A stretch of DNA of 64,000 bases from an uncultured Candidatus Saccharibacteria bacterium (GTDB lineage: Bacteria > Patescibacteriota > Minisyncoccia > Phycocordibacterales > JABMNX01), in the NCBI GenBank assembly GCA_964575755.1, contig CAZNRH010000002.1, forward strand, positions 6,107 to 70,106. The letters are read 5' to 3'. The notes below the pieces were generated by a model, which worked only from the letters and a program-made list of their open reading frames with translations, ran no database searches and had not been told where the DNA came from. Positions 29,408 through 39,771 of this stretch are shown piece after piece; positions within the stretch are counted from its first letter, which is position 1; each line of letters begins with the position of its first letter. Made by a program: the position numbers and the translations under genes.

Positions 29408-30505
29408 CTATATTCTAAACTCGATTATATCGCCGTCTTGCACTACATACTGTTTTCCTTCTGTTCTCACAAAACCTTTTTCACGAGCGGTTGCGTATGA
29501 CTGCGCTTCCATAAGCTTCTCATAAGAAATTATGTCTGCTCGTATAAACTTATCTTTAAAATCAGAGTGTATTGCGCTTCCTGCTTCCGGCGCAGTACTA
29601 TCTCGAGTTACTGTCCATGCCCTAGTCTCATCTTCTCCAGTTGTAAAATATGTAATTAGATTCAGTAGTGTATAGCTTGTGTTAATAAACAAGCTTATAC
29701 CATCTTCAACCACACCAAATTCCCTTAAGAACTCTTCCCTGTCTTCCTCTGACACATCTTTGAGTTCATGTTCTACACCAGCATCTATAATCACGTACTC
29801 TGAATTAGAATCTTTGATAAACTGCATAAGTTTTTCATATCTCTCTCCGTTTTCTTCATCAATGTTAATAGCATTCGCTTTTTTATTAAAAACATACAAT
29901 ATCGGCTTCATTGTCAATAGGTGTAATCCTTTTATCGCTTCAGTCTCATTTTCGTCGAGTACAGCTTCTTGAGCGAGTTTACCTTCCTCTAATTTATGTA
30001 AGACTTTAGTAGCAACGTCGCGTTCTTTTACTGCATCCTTGTCTCCTTTTTTGACCTCACGCTCTATTGATGAAAGACGTTTTATGACAGTCTGCATATC
30101 TGCCATAACAAGCTCTAGATTGATCACGGTAATGTCATCAATTGGGCTAATATCTCCGTGCACATGCATTATGTCAGCATCCTCGAAAAGACGCACAACA
30201 TGAGCAATAGCGTCAACTTCACGTATGTTAGACAAAAACTTATTACCGAGACCTTCTCCTTCTGCCGCTCCTTTCACTAAACCTGCAATATCTACAAACT
30301 CTATTGCTGTTGGTATAGTCTTTTTCGACTTAGATAAACGGCTGAGGCACTCCAGCCGTTTATCTGGCACAGCAACAACACCTACTGACGGGTCAATAGT
30401 ACAAAATGGAAAATTCTCCGCTGGTACTGAGCGTTTTGTTAATGCATTAAATAATGTGGACTTGCCTACGTTAGGTAATCCAACAATTCCTATTGAAAGT
30501 GACAT
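29408..30505 (-). CDS. ychF: Ribosome-binding ATPase YchF
   Basis: [39 protein letters not shown] domain. Confidence 0.98.
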   Translation of the reverse strand: MSLSIGIVGLPNVGKSTLFNALTKRSVPAENFPFCTIDPSVGVVAVPDKRLECLSRLSKSKKTIPTAIEFVDIAGLVKGAAEGEGLGNKFLSNIREVDAIAHVVRLFEDADIMHVHGDISPIDDITVINLELVMADMQTVIKRLSSIEREVKKGDKDAVKERDVATKVLHKLEEGKLAQEAVLDENETEAIKGLHLLTMKPILYVFNKKANAINIDEENGERYEKLMQFIKDSNSEYVIIDAGVEHELKDVSEEDREEFLREFGVVEDGISLFINTSYTLLNLITYFTTGEDETRAWTVTRDSTAPEAGSAIHSDFKDKFIRADIISYEKLMEAQSYATAREKGFVRTEGKQYVVQDGDIIEFRI

Positions 30506-30560
30506 AGTTGCTATATGGTATCAAAAAACTTTTAAATAAGCGATTCTTCACTGTAAATAC

Positions 30561-30589
30561 AAAAATCCAAGGTCGACCCTTGGATTTTT
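30561..30589. terminator. Hairpin AAATCCAAGG..CCTTGGAT, shared with 62009-62032
   Basis: aaaaatccaagg-tcgac-ccttggattttt. Confidence 0.7.
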
Positions 30590-30592
30590 TGT

Positions 30593-31192
30593 TTATTTTG
30601 CTTTCTTGCCAAGCTTACGCATTTTGTTGCGCCACTTGTCTTTACACTCATCCGTTGCTTTCTCGGCTGGGCCAAATACAGTTCGTCTTACTGGTGAGAT
30701 ACCTGAGAATCCTAGGATTCCGCGGATTATTTCATTAGTAAAGTCTCCAAAATGAAAGCGTATCTTAATAGGATGTGTCCCTGTTGTTACGACAACTCGT
30801 GCAGTCTTTCCTTTAAACATTTCTATAAGCTTATTAGTACGTTTCCCGTCTTTATCTTTCTTAAAATTAAACGCAAATCCAGGAAGCCACATTCGGTCAA
30901 ACAACCCCTTTAAAAGAGCCGGCATTGAACACCACCAATTTGGATACAATATAACAATATGGTCAGCCCATTTAAAATTTTCTTGAACTTGGATTAAGTC
31001 TGGCTCTAGTGCTTGAATTTCTTTATATCCTTTGTGTAATATTGGATCAAACTGCATTTCGCCAATATTAATGCGACGTACCTCATGTCCTCCAGCCTCT
31101 GCTCCTTCAACATATGCACCAGCAAGCGAACCAATCATTGAGTCTGAATCCGGGTGTCCTACAAAAACAAAAACCTTTTTCTTTCCCTTCAT
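30593..31192 (-). CDS. Flavodoxin-fold NAD(P)H-dependent (quinone) oxidoreductase
   Basis: GHPDSDS, WADHIVILYPNWWCSMPALLKGLFDR. Confidence 0.9.
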   Translation of the reverse strand: MKGKKKVFVFVGHPDSDSMIGSLAGAYVEGAEAGGHEVRRINIGEMQFDPILHKGYKEIQALEPDLIQVQENFKWADHIVILYPNWWCSMPALLKGLFDRMWLPGFAFNFKKDKDGKRTNKLIEMFKGKTARVVVTTGTHPIKIRFHFGDFTNEIIRGILGFSGISPVRRTVFGPAEKATDECKDKWRNKMRKLGKKAK

Positions 31193-31210
31193 ATTTATTA
31201 ATATAATATT

Positions 31211-31555
31211 TTAATGAGAGACCATAAATGTCTCGTAATAATAAAAACCTGTTATTACAACTGTACTTAATAAACTAATCCAAAACAACCACATAATATA
31301 GGTCGACAAGGATTTTCTTCTCCCGCTCATAAATGAGAGTAAAGCATACCCCAAGATATAAAAACCCACAAAGGATATTATGCCTTTACCAACCCAATGG
31401 TGATAAAATGTCTCAGCTAGCCAATTTTTAAGTGGTTTGTGTAGTTCACCTGCTACTGTAAGTAATGCGATAGTAGCAACAGAAACCATTGCGCTTAATG
31501 CGAATGCGTATATGTATCGAGATTTTTTATCTATATTTTTGTTTTGATTTGCCAT
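31211..31555 (-). CDS. Three-TM membrane protein
   Basis: Hydrophobic helices; HHWVGK motif. Confidence 0.75.
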   Translation of the reverse strand: MANQNKNIDKKSRYIYAFALSAMVSVATIALLTVAGELHKPLKNWLAETFYHHWVGKGIISFVGFYILGYALLSFMSGRRKSLSTYIMWLFWISLLSTVVITGFYYYETFMVSH

Positions 31556-31569
31556 ATATAACTTATTGT

Positions 31570-32025
31570 TTATCCTGCACTACCACTTATTAATATCCCC
31601 GACACAGTTATAAACAGTGCGAGAAGTGCTGTTAATACTGTTAGATACATCATAGCCCGTTTTGCCTTTCCTTTTGAAACTACATCTTCTCCTCGTAAAA
31701 AGAATACGAGCGCAAGCATGAACGTAAGTACTGGTAATAGTAAAAATAGGTGCTCTTTAACCTCCATAAAAAATGCATGAGCCCACGCACTATCCCCGCC
31801 TTTTATAATAGGCTTTACTTCAGACCCATACCTAAATACGTAGTAATACCCACCAGCGAACCACGACGTTAAGTATGAAATAAACGCAAGGCTTGAGAAA
31901 AAACGCAACATCTTTATAGACGATTCTCTTTTACATAAAGACATCAAGACAGCGTACGTTGCTATAAAACCAACTATGCCTGCTATAACGTGTACTATGA
32001 GTGTGGTAACAAAAATCTGGCTCAT
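31570..32025 (-). CDS. Four-TM membrane protein
   Basis: HVIAG, GGYYY, WAH..FMEVKEH. Confidence 0.75.
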   Translation of the reverse strand: MSQIFVTTLIVHVIAGIVGFIATYAVLMSLCKRESSIKMLRFFSSLAFISYLTSWFAGGYYYVFRYGSEVKPIIKGGDSAWAHAFFMEVKEHLFLLLPVLTFMLALVFFLRGEDVVSKGKAKRAMMYLTVLTALLALFITVSGILISGSAG

Positions 32026-32035
32026 ATAATAAGTT

Positions 32036-32554
32036 TTATTTTTTTAGACTATTTATTAATTCTTTACCTAGATACAACTTTTTTATCCATTCAAGCACTA
32101 CTACCATAATAGCAACTGCGACAAAGTAGCCCATCATTATCTCAATATATGAATATGTGATACCACGCCATGAGCCTAGTATCATTGCAGTATACCAAGA
32201 CGTAATTGAAAGTGACGCACCCAACCAAAAAGGAATTTTATGTAATTGTAACAGAAGAGCATTAATTACAAGAATAACAATTACTGTCATCTTCGCCCAA
32301 AGTTTAGGGTCAAGTAGACGTTCCTCTTGTCCTGTAAATCTGTACAACAATAAGAAGCCGAACCCTGACAGAACACCCAATACAAGACCTACCCTTAAAA
32401 CAGAATAAGTAGTTTTAAGTAGAGCACCCTCGTCTGGACTGATTTCCCCATCCTTAAGAGCTTTAAGGTAAAAAAACTCCGCAAAAGTAGCTGCGCCGAC
32501 ACCTAAAACAGTTCCGAGTAAATGAATCAAAATTAGAATTGTGTATATGTCCAT
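32036..32554 (-). CDS. Multi-TM membrane protein
   Basis: HLLGTVLGVGAAT, WAKMTV, SITSWY. Confidence 0.75.
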   Translation of the reverse strand: MDIYTILILIHLLGTVLGVGAATFAEFFYLKALKDGEISPDEGALLKTTYSVLRVGLVLGVLSGFGFLLLYRFTGQEERLLDPKLWAKMTVIVILVINALLLQLHKIPFWLGASLSITSWYTAMILGSWRGITYSYIEIMMGYFVAVAIMVVVLEWIKKLYLGKELINSLKK

Positions 32555-32667
32555 CCAGTACGAAATAGGACCCAGACTTAAACAGTCTTGGTCGCTATAT
32601 TATAAGTTCTATTAATTATCAACCTGTTTATCATATATTGTGTTTATGTCCGCGATTTCGTACGGGA
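32554..32667. mobile_element. Start-codon-inserted hairpin element, copy 2
   Basis: IR atccagtacgaaat (32553-32566) / atttcgtacgggat (32655-32668); tcca direct repeats at 32550-32553 and 32668-32671. Confidence 0.75.
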
Positions 32668-32678
32668 TCCATATTAAT

Positions 32679-32906
32679 TTATTTCTTCATTAGTTCCTGC
32701 ATCTCGCTCTGATGAGCTTGCATAACTTCCATTGTTGCTGTCATTTGATCCATACCTCCTTTCATCTTTGTTTGAATCTCTACTGCTATCTTTTGGAAAA
32801 ACTCTGGATTTTTCTCAACAGCGGATAAAATCATTTCTTGTTGTTCTTCTGGAACATTCTTCATTTTAGACTTCAAGAGTCTTTTCATTAACATATTTTT
32901 AAACAT
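32679..32906 (-). CDS. Small Met/Lys-rich helical protein
   Basis: 75-aa ORF; TATACT 9 nt upstream of ATG. Confidence 0.75.
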   Translation of the reverse strand: MFKNMLMKRLLKSKMKNVPEEQQEMILSAVEKNPEFFQKIAVEIQTKMKGGMDQMTATMEVMQAHQSEMQELMKK

Positions 32907-32976
32907 AGTGATGATAGTATAACAAAAAAGTTGGCGCGAAATATTTGTCAGTTGTGGGTAATACTACTTTTTTTGT

Positions 32977-33414
32977 TTAAGGTTGGTCATATTCTGCACC
33001 GTTTTTCTTACCTATTTGATGCATAATCATAGCGCGTAATGTTCTACCGCTGTAGTATAAAGCAAATAGAAATACTATCGCGATGACTTGTCTAGTTACA
33101 GATAAAAAGAAATTATCGTGCCCAAACCCAACAACTGCAGCATACTCAAACAGTATCACAGCAACAGCGGATATTACTAAATCAATAGTAACAACCCAAC
33201 GTTGAAACGGATTTACTATAGCACCACCCAGTACCAGTAATACAACAAAAACAGGAAGAAAACCTGTTCCAATTTGGAGTAAATTTTTAAAAAAAGGAAG
33301 AGTGGCTAGTATAATTATTCCACCAATAAGAAAGAGTATTTGTATAGTATCACCATGGTAATGTGGCACGTGCGGGTGACTTGGTGGCTTAACAAATTCA
33401 AGTGGGTCTAGCAT
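32977..33414 (-). CDS. Four-TM membrane protein
   Basis: HYHGD motif followed by four hydrophobic helices; start uncertain (33414-33423). Confidence 0.7.
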   Translation of the reverse strand: MLDPLEFVKPPSHPHVPHYHGDTIQILFLIGGIIILATLPFFKNLLQIGTGFLPVFVVLLVLGGAIVNPFQRWVVTIDLVISAVAVILFEYAAVVGFGHDNFFLSVTRQVIAIVFLFALYYSGRTLRAMIMHQIGKKNGAEYDQP

Positions 33415-33463
33415 TATTATCACTATGTCATAAGTGAGTTGTTTTGGCTAGCTTTTTGTAGTA

Positions 33464-33748
33464 TTAACTATTTAACACCTGTTCTGGGTCAAAATTGTCT
33501 CTATCTTTGAGTTTATTCTTCTTTTCAAAGCTACATTCAACACAACGGTGGAGTATTCTATATTCACCACTATCTTCTTCAAATAAGATAGGGCGCATAA
33601 GGCCTTTACAGTCAGATTTGCGGTCTCCAGGCTCTATATCGACATGTTTACTCCATAAACACTGTGGACAATGGTTAGTATATCCATCTCCCTTGACATG
33701 TTCACCACAATATTCACATTCAAAGTTTTCTTTTGTTCTTTTGAACAT
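33464..33748 (-). CDS. RNHCP-domain zinc-binding protein
   Basis: FECEYCG..TNHCPQCLWSKHVD..PGDR..HRCVEC. Confidence 0.9.
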   Translation of the reverse strand: MFKRTKENFECEYCGEHVKGDGYTNHCPQCLWSKHVDIEPGDRKSDCKGLMRPILFEEDSGEYRILHRCVECSFEKKNKLKDRDNFDPEQVLNS

Positions 33749-33773
33749 TCTTTAACTGTATCATTTTTAACAG

Positions 33774-33850
33774 TGGTGGACCCGACAGGACTTGAACCTG
33801 CCACCTCCTCAGTGCAAGTGAGGCGCTCTAGCCAGATGAGCTACGGGCCC
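33774..33850 (-). tRNA. tRNA-Ala(UGC)
   Basis: GGGCCCGTAGCTCATCTGGCTAGAGCG-CCTCA-CTTGCAC-TGAGG-AGGTGGCAGGTTCAAGTCCTGTCGGGTCCACCA; G3:U70 pair; encoded CCA. Confidence 0.97.
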
Positions 33851-33877
33851 TTTATGTAAGTACCGAAATATTATACC

Positions 33878-34852
33878 TTACTTTCTATTCACAGCAAGGT
33901 TAATAATATGATCTAAAAATTCAGATAAACTGCAACCTGCTTCAGATAGAGCGCGTGGCACTAGAGAATCTTCAGTTAATCCTGGTAATGTATTAGCCTC
34001 TAGGAAATATATACCACGTGGTGTCAGAATAAAATCAGAACGTGAATAGTGTCGCAGTCCCAAAGCATCATGCGCTATGTGTGTGGCATCCCTTATTTGT
34101 TGTCTTTCTTCATCAGTTAAATTACCTGGACACCGTAATTCCACCATACTCTCTCTCTTATACTTGGCGTAGTAATCAAAACAATTTTTACCTTTCGGTA
34201 AAACTACTTCTATTGGTAAAAGAGTGTATTTCTCCTCTCCACGAAAATCATTAACGACCCCACATGTTACTTCTTTGCCTTTTATAAATTCCTCGATAAG
34301 CACCGATGAAGAGCCTTCAAGTGCTGATGTTACACTATCAAATAATTCTTGATAAGAACCCGCGAACACTACACCTAGGGACGAACCTTTATCTAACGGC
34401 TTTATAATCACTGGTTGTGGGAAAGAACGAAATATTTTAGTTATCTTTGCTTCAGTATTTGGTGACTGTTCTATAACCACATGTAGAGGTACGCGAACCC
34501 CTGCTCTAGATACTATTTCTTTAGCTCGAACTTTATTAATAGCTATTTTTGATGCTAGTACTCCCGAGCCAGTATATGGTATTTTAAATTTATCCAATAC
34601 CTTCTGAACTTCACCATCTTCACCATATTTTCCATGGAGAGCGTTAAACACTACGTCAACATTCTTGAGCACTTTACTAGGATGTGTTTCCAGTCCACGT
34701 ATATGCCACACACCCGTTTTAGAAATTAAAATATCATGCTTCGTATATTTATCATCTGATAGGTTCTGTAATACATGCCCCCCTGTTTTAAGAGAAATAT
34801 CATATTCACTAGACGGACCGCCTCGTAGTACACCTATTCGAAGTTTTGACAT
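33878..34852 (-). CDS. ddl: D-alanine--D-alanine ligase (start moved to ATG 34852)
   Basis: GGPSSEYDISL, LHGKYGEDG, GSSLGV, EANTLPGLT. Confidence 0.96.
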   Translation of the reverse strand: MSKLRIGVLRGGPSSEYDISLKTGGHVLQNLSDDKYTKHDILISKTGVWHIRGLETHPSKVLKNVDVVFNALHGKYGEDGEVQKVLDKFKIPYTGSGVLASKIAINKVRAKEIVSRAGVRVPLHVVIEQSPNTEAKITKIFRSFPQPVIIKPLDKGSSLGVVFAGSYQELFDSVTSALEGSSSVLIEEFIKGKEVTCGVVNDFRGEEKYTLLPIEVVLPKGKNCFDYYAKYKRESMVELRCPGNLTDEERQQIRDATHIAHDALGLRHYSRSDFILTPRGIYFLEANTLPGLTEDSLVPRALSEAGCSLSEFLDHIINLAVNRK

Positions 34853-34908
34853 ACTTAAAGTATAACAAAAAATCAGGCCAGCGTGAGCGAGCATATCAAA
34901 CCACCATT

Positions 34909-34944
34909 CACTGTTCTAATGTTCTTAAGAACATTAGAACAGTG
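34909..34944. repeat. Perfect 36-bp palindrome between uvrC and ddl
   Basis: cactgttctaatgttctt|aagaacattagaacagtg. Confidence 0.8.
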
Positions 34945-34985
34945 GTTTATAATATAAAATAACAAGTAGAAAAAACAAAAACCTA

Positions 34986-36230
34986 CTATACTATCTTACC
35001 TCGTAATTTCCTGTGATATGAGATTGCAAAGCGGTGTGCTTCACTATTTGCTAAAAGTATTTCTCTTTCACGTTTTTGTGCGAACCTATTCTCCCCTACA
35101 AACCCTTTTGGTCTATGGTTCTCGTCTTTAGTAACTCCAATGACTGGAATCATATATCCAAGCTCTTTAAGAACTTTGTTTGCTGTATTTAACTGCGCCT
35201 TTCCTCCATCAACCACTATAAGTCGTGGGTATTGCCATTCACTGTGAGTGAGTCTACGCAAGAGTATTTCTCGGAGCCCCGCAGTATCATTGTTTGTATC
35301 ATTTTTAATCTTAAACTTTCTATATTCGTTTTTGTTGACCTCTCCGTCCTCGACGACCGTCATAACCCCTGTAACATGCTTCCCTGATGTGTGAGCAACA
35401 TCATATGCTTCAATACGAAACACTCGACCGCTCTGCGGGGTTTTGTATTCTTCTTTAATAAGCGATACGTCACGTATGTGTGTAAGAGCGAATATCTTTC
35501 TCTTTACTTCTTCGGCTTTTTCAAACTTCTCTGCTTTGGCTAACCTTTTCATATCTCTCTCAAGAGATGATAAAAGTGTCTTCTTCTTAGCTTCTAAAAA
35601 TAACTTTAAATGTCGTATTGTTTTTTTATATTCTTTTTCGTCTAGTTTTTCAGCTGGCTTACCTGGAAACACTCCGATAGACTGATTAAATTTAATTTGT
35701 TTCTCTTGAGATTTTGTATTTGTTCCTATCTCTTTAATTGGATACTTAGTATCAAAATACGGAAAGATTTTCCGGATTATCTTCATCGCCTCTTTAAACT
35801 GAGCCCCTTGGGGAAAGGGGCCAAAGAGATATTTGGCTTTCGTTTTTTGTAATTGGCTTTTTAGATCTTTACCACGAACAGTGAGCACTCGAGGGAATCT
35901 CTCATCAGTAATCACCACGTAATTAAAACTTTTGTCGTCTTTCTCACGAGAGTTATAAATTGGTTGATGTTTTTTAATAAGATTCGCCTCAAGGATAAGT
36001 GCTTCAAGAACTGAATCTGTTTCGATTACCTCAATCTTCTTTGCTTCCTCTATCATCTTCTCTATAAGTGGACTTCTCACTTCACGTATGTCAGATACGG
36101 AATAGCTTCGCACTCGAGAGCGTAGCGACGTTGCTTTACCTATATATAAAATCTTTCGCCCTGCACCTCGAAAGAGATATACTCCCGGCGTGTCTGGTAA
36201 CTTCTTTTTTTGTAAGTCTTTTATATCCAT
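34986..36230 (-). CDS. uvrC: Excinuclease UvrC, short form without C-terminal HhH
   Basis: GIY-YIG (PGVY..YIGKA), UVR domain, RIEAYDVAH, VDGGKAQ, EAHRFAI. Confidence 0.9.
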   Translation of the reverse strand: MDIKDLQKKKLPDTPGVYLFRGAGRKILYIGKATSLRSRVRSYSVSDIREVRSPLIEKMIEEAKKIEVIETDSVLEALILEANLIKKHQPIYNSREKDDKSFNYVVITDERFPRVLTVRGKDLKSQLQKTKAKYLFGPFPQGAQFKEAMKIIRKIFPYFDTKYPIKEIGTNTKSQEKQIKFNQSIGVFPGKPAEKLDEKEYKKTIRHLKLFLEAKKKTLLSSLERDMKRLAKAEKFEKAEEVKRKIFALTHIRDVSLIKEEYKTPQSGRVFRIEAYDVAHTSGKHVTGVMTVVEDGEVNKNEYRKFKIKNDTNNDTAGLREILLRRLTHSEWQYPRLIVVDGGKAQLNTANKVLKELGYMIPVIGVTKDENHRPKGFVGENRFAQKREREILLANSEAHRFAISYHRKLRGKIV

Positions 36231-36263
36231 TTCAATTACTGTATCAAAAACATCTATAATCAG

Positions 36264-36296
36264 AAATCGCCGTCAAGATCGAAATGACGGCGATTT
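36264..36296. terminator. Hairpin terminator after ORFan
   Basis: aaatcgccgtca...tgacggcgattt. Confidence 0.7.
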
Positions 36297-36305
36297 GAGA
36301 ATTTA

Positions 36306-36911
36306 CTATGAAGTGGTTTTTTGCTTCAAGTATATTTCTTCATACCACAAAGCTATAATGCATCCAGGCAGTTCACACCACCACAAAGCTAATTGAGAAA
36401 TCCCTTTGGCGCAATATAGATGCATCTTATTTTGTCCATAAGCCAACCCTATAAGAGGCTCCAATGTGTCCATGTCTATCTTGACGTAGTCAATCTTAAT
36501 TAAATCACACAAGTCCTTAATGATTTCTTCTTGCTCATAATAAACCTCTTCGCCACTACTTAAGGTAATACAGTTCTTGCTTTGGTCTATAACAATACCC
36601 TGACACATATGAGTGCTAACACTACTGTGGATAGACACGTCAACCTTTTCAAGAGGTGTTTTAAGTAGTTTTTTATATACAACCCGTAAATAAAAAGGGA
36701 CTACTCCACCAGCTTTATAGTTACGGATATAAGGACCCACACCCTCTTCGAGACTTCCACTCTTACCTTTCTCTTCAAACCTAGAAATATTTTCTATGTA
36801 CTTACGCCCCGCTTTAAGAAATATAGTCCTAATATCTGAAGTACCGAAACAGGTTCCAAGAAAAACGACTATCTCACTATCGTTGGTTTTATTACTACTT
36901 TGTTGCAACAT
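36306..36911 (-). CDS. Hypothetical ORFan between uvrA and uvrC
   Basis: 201-aa ORF with its own TGCTATACT -10, a leader with AGGTGG, and a terminator. Confidence 0.6.
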   Translation of the reverse strand: MLQQSSNKTNDSEIVVFLGTCFGTSDIRTIFLKAGRKYIENISRFEEKGKSGSLEEGVGPYIRNYKAGGVVPFYLRVVYKKLLKTPLEKVDVSIHSSVSTHMCQGIVIDQSKNCITLSSGEEVYYEQEEIIKDLCDLIKIDYVKIDMDTLEPLIGLAYGQNKMHLYCAKGISQLALWWCELPGCIIALWYEEIYLKQKTTS

Positions 36912-36983
36912 GTTGCCACCTAACTTTCAAACTTACTATGGAGAACTCTTCTAAAATACAAGTATAGCATAAGATGTGGTAAA

Positions 36984-37033
36984 TTAAGCCATAAAGAATG
37001 CCTCAGGTACCTGGGGCATTTAATATGGCTTAA
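36984..37033. repeat. REP-like palindrome, near-copy of 50078-50131
   Basis: ttaagccata..aatgcctcaggtacctggggcatt..tatggcttaa. Confidence 0.75.
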
Positions 37034-37040
37034 GACAGGT

Positions 37041-39638
37041 CTATTTTCTGAGTACTTTCTTAAGATACTTTCCTGTAAATGATTCTTTTGATTCAGCTAT
37101 TTCTTCTGGTGTACCTTTAGCGACTATATTACCACCACCAACTCCACCAAAAGGCCCTATATCAATCACATAATCTGCACTCTTAACTATATCCATATTG
37201 TGTTCTATTAATATCACTGTATTACCTCTATCTACAAGTCCTTGTAATATCTCAATAAGTTTCTTTACATCTTCATAGTGAAGCCCTATCGTAGGTTCAT
37301 CAAGGAGATATATAGTTTTTTGCATATGTGGTCTATACATCTCTGCAGAAATTTTTACACGTTGTGCTTCGCCACCAGAAAGTGTTGTCGCAGACTGTCC
37401 TAACTCTAAGTATCCAAGACCAACATCGTTAAGTGTTTTGAGTCTGTCATAAATAGCTGGTATATCATTAAAGAACTCGACTGCTTCTTCTACGGTCATA
37501 CTTAGGATTTCATAAATATTCTTTTTTTTGTACTTCACTTCAAGTGTCTCTTTTGTGAATCGTTTACCGTCACATAAATCACACAATACGTACACTGTGG
37601 GCAAGAAATGCATTTCTACTGCAATTAGGCCGTTCCCTTGGCACGCTTCACACCTACCTCCTTTAACATTAAATGAGAACCTTCCAGCTTTCCATCCACG
37701 AGCTCGTGCTTCTGATGTCGCTGCGAAAAGATCACGTATATGAGTAAAGGCACCTGTGTACGTAGCGGGGTTTGAACGTGGAGTTCTCCCAATTGGTGCT
37801 TGGTTTATTAAGATAGCACGTCCGAGGTATTCAGAGCCATCAAACTTTGCGCAGTTGAAAGTTTTGTTCGAACGATACTTTCTATCAAACCTTGCTTGTA
37901 GGTTCTTATATATAATTTCGTACAATAAACTTGATTTACCTGACCCAGACACACCTGTGATAACTGTCATACGTCCAAGTGGTATATCTACGCTCATATT
38001 TTTAATATTGAATATTTTTCCGCCTCGAATTTTAAGAGCTCCTTTTTGTGAAGTGCGTCGCTTCTTAGGAATCCCTAATACCTTATCACCTCTTAAATAA
38101 TCAAGAGTAATAGACTTTGAAGAATTTTTCTTTGCAGTTAAAAGTTTCTCTAGCCAATCAGAAACAATTATCTCCCCACCGTGTATTCCAGCACCCAGGC
38201 CGATGTCCACGATATAGTCAGCTGAATAAATAGTATCTTCGTCATGCTCAACCACAATGATGGTGTTACCAAGGTCGCGAAGGTCAAGAAGTGTCTTAAT
38301 AAGGCGGTCGTTATCTTTTTGGTGTAGTCCGATAGTTGGCTCATCAAGGACATAGAGAGCCCCAACAAGGCCTGAGCCAAGCTGTGAAGCCAGCCTTATA
38401 CGTTGTGCCTCTCCACCAGAAAGAGTGTTTGCTCGCCTATCTAAAGAGAGGTAGTCAATACCAACATTAATCATAAACTGTAATCGATTTTGTATTTCTT
38501 TTATAACTACATTTGATATCTCTTGTTCTTTTTTAGTTAGTTTAAGAGAGGTTATAAAGTCATGTGCATCTGTTATAGACATTGAAGTAAGGTCAACAAT
38601 ACTTTTCCCTAAATCCTTGCTAGATTTCTTATCAGAACCTCCTAGATACACCCGTAGCGCCTCTGGGCGAAGCCGAGCACCAAGACATGTGTCACATACC
38701 TCGCTACCAAAAAAATGTTTTGTACCAAGTCCATTACATGCTTCACATGCTCCATATGGTGAGTTAAAGGAAAACAGTCGTGGCTCGACTTCAGGAAAAG
38801 AGGTGCCGTCTAGTGGACATATAAACTTAGCTGAGAGTATGCGTTCACTCCCATCTGGACTTTCAATTTTAATAAGTCCATCACTTTCCTCTAGTGCATG
38901 TTCTATTGCTTCTGAAAGTCGCTCGGTTGCACTTATTTTATCTTCTTTAAATTCACTTATATAAATTTCATCAACAAGTACATCTATGTCGTGCTTCTTA
39001 GTCTTCTGAAGCTCTATCTTTTCCCTTAATTGCTTCATTTTTCCATCTATACGTACTCTCTCATAACCTTTACCGAGTAAGTCATAGAGAAGTTGGTAAT
39101 ATTCTCCTTTCCGTCCAACTACGACTGGTGCAAGAATTCGCAACTTAAGATCACTGTATTCTGTTCCTATCACTTTTTTACTTCCTTTTTTAATATCAGT
39201 TTTTTGGATAGAAGTAAGCACAACTTTCATAAGTTCTTCATGCGAAAGTTTTTTTATTTCTTGGTCATGATGTAAACAGTATGGCTTCCCTATTCGAGCA
39301 TATAAAATACGCATATAGTCATATATTTCTGTGATAGTTGCTACTGTCGAGCGAGGGTTATTTGAACGTGATTTTTGATCGATAGATATAGCAGGAGAAA
39401 GGCCAGAGATTTCTTCAACATCTGGTTTTTGCATTTGTCGTAAAAACTGCCGGGCATATGCTGAAAGAGACTCAACATACTTACGTTGACCTTCTGCAAA
39501 AATAGTATCGAATGCGAGTGATGATTTTCCAGAGCCAGATAAACCAGTAAAAACTACCATCTTGTTTCGTGGTATTTCTAAGTCGACATTCTTTAGATTA
39601 TGCGTCTTTGCGCCTTTTATTATGATTTTATCCTCCAT
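37041..39638 (-). CDS. uvrA: Excinuclease UvrA
   Basis: Two ABC cassettes ([24 protein letters not shown] twice), RSNPATY. Confidence 0.98.
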   Translation of the reverse strand: MEDKIIIKGAKTHNLKNVDLEIPRNKMVVFTGLSGSGKSSLAFDTIFAEGQRKYVESLSAYARQFLRQMQKPDVEEISGLSPAISIDQKSRSNNPRSTVATITEIYDYMRILYARIGKPYCLHHDQEIKKLSHEELMKVVLTSIQKTDIKKGSKKVIGTEYSDLKLRILAPVVVGRKGEYYQLLYDLLGKGYERVRIDGKMKQLREKIELQKTKKHDIDVLVDEIYISEFKEDKISATERLSEAIEHALEESDGLIKIESPDGSERILSAKFICPLDGTSFPEVEPRLFSFNSPYGACEACNGLGTKHFFGSEVCDTCLGARLRPEALRVYLGGSDKKSSKDLGKSIVDLTSMSITDAHDFITSLKLTKKEQEISNVVIKEIQNRLQFMINVGIDYLSLDRRANTLSGGEAQRIRLASQLGSGLVGALYVLDEPTIGLHQKDNDRLIKTLLDLRDLGNTIIVVEHDEDTIYSADYIVDIGLGAGIHGGEIIVSDWLEKLLTAKKNSSKSITLDYLRGDKVLGIPKKRRTSQKGALKIRGGKIFNIKNMSVDIPLGRMTVITGVSGSGKSSLLYEIIYKNLQARFDRKYRSNKTFNCAKFDGSEYLGRAILINQAPIGRTPRSNPATYTGAFTHIRDLFAATSEARARGWKAGRFSFNVKGGRCEACQGNGLIAVEMHFLPTVYVLCDLCDGKRFTKETLEVKYKKKNIYEILSMTVEEAVEFFNDIPAIYDRLKTLNDVGLGYLELGQSATTLSGGEAQRVKISAEMYRPHMQKTIYLLDEPTIGLHYEDVKKLIEILQGLVDRGNTVILIEHNMDIVKSADYVIDIGPFGGVGGGNIVAKGTPEEIAESKESFTGKYLKKVLRK

Positions 39639-39771
39639 CTTAGGTCTTGTTATATCAATTCAAACCACCCCTTGTTTTGACATAGGGGTTGTATAGAAAG
39701 AAAGTGTACCATACTTAATTAAAAGAAAAAGGAGTTTAATTAAGCTCTCATACTCTTGTTTACAGTACTAG

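Noticed and set aside
32679-32906. Met-rich small protein as an SRP M-domain substitute
   Set aside because: Based on composition only; no SRP RNA-binding motif visible.
33774-33850. tRNA-Ala as an integration site
   Set aside because: No integrase and no duplicated tRNA 3' end seen.
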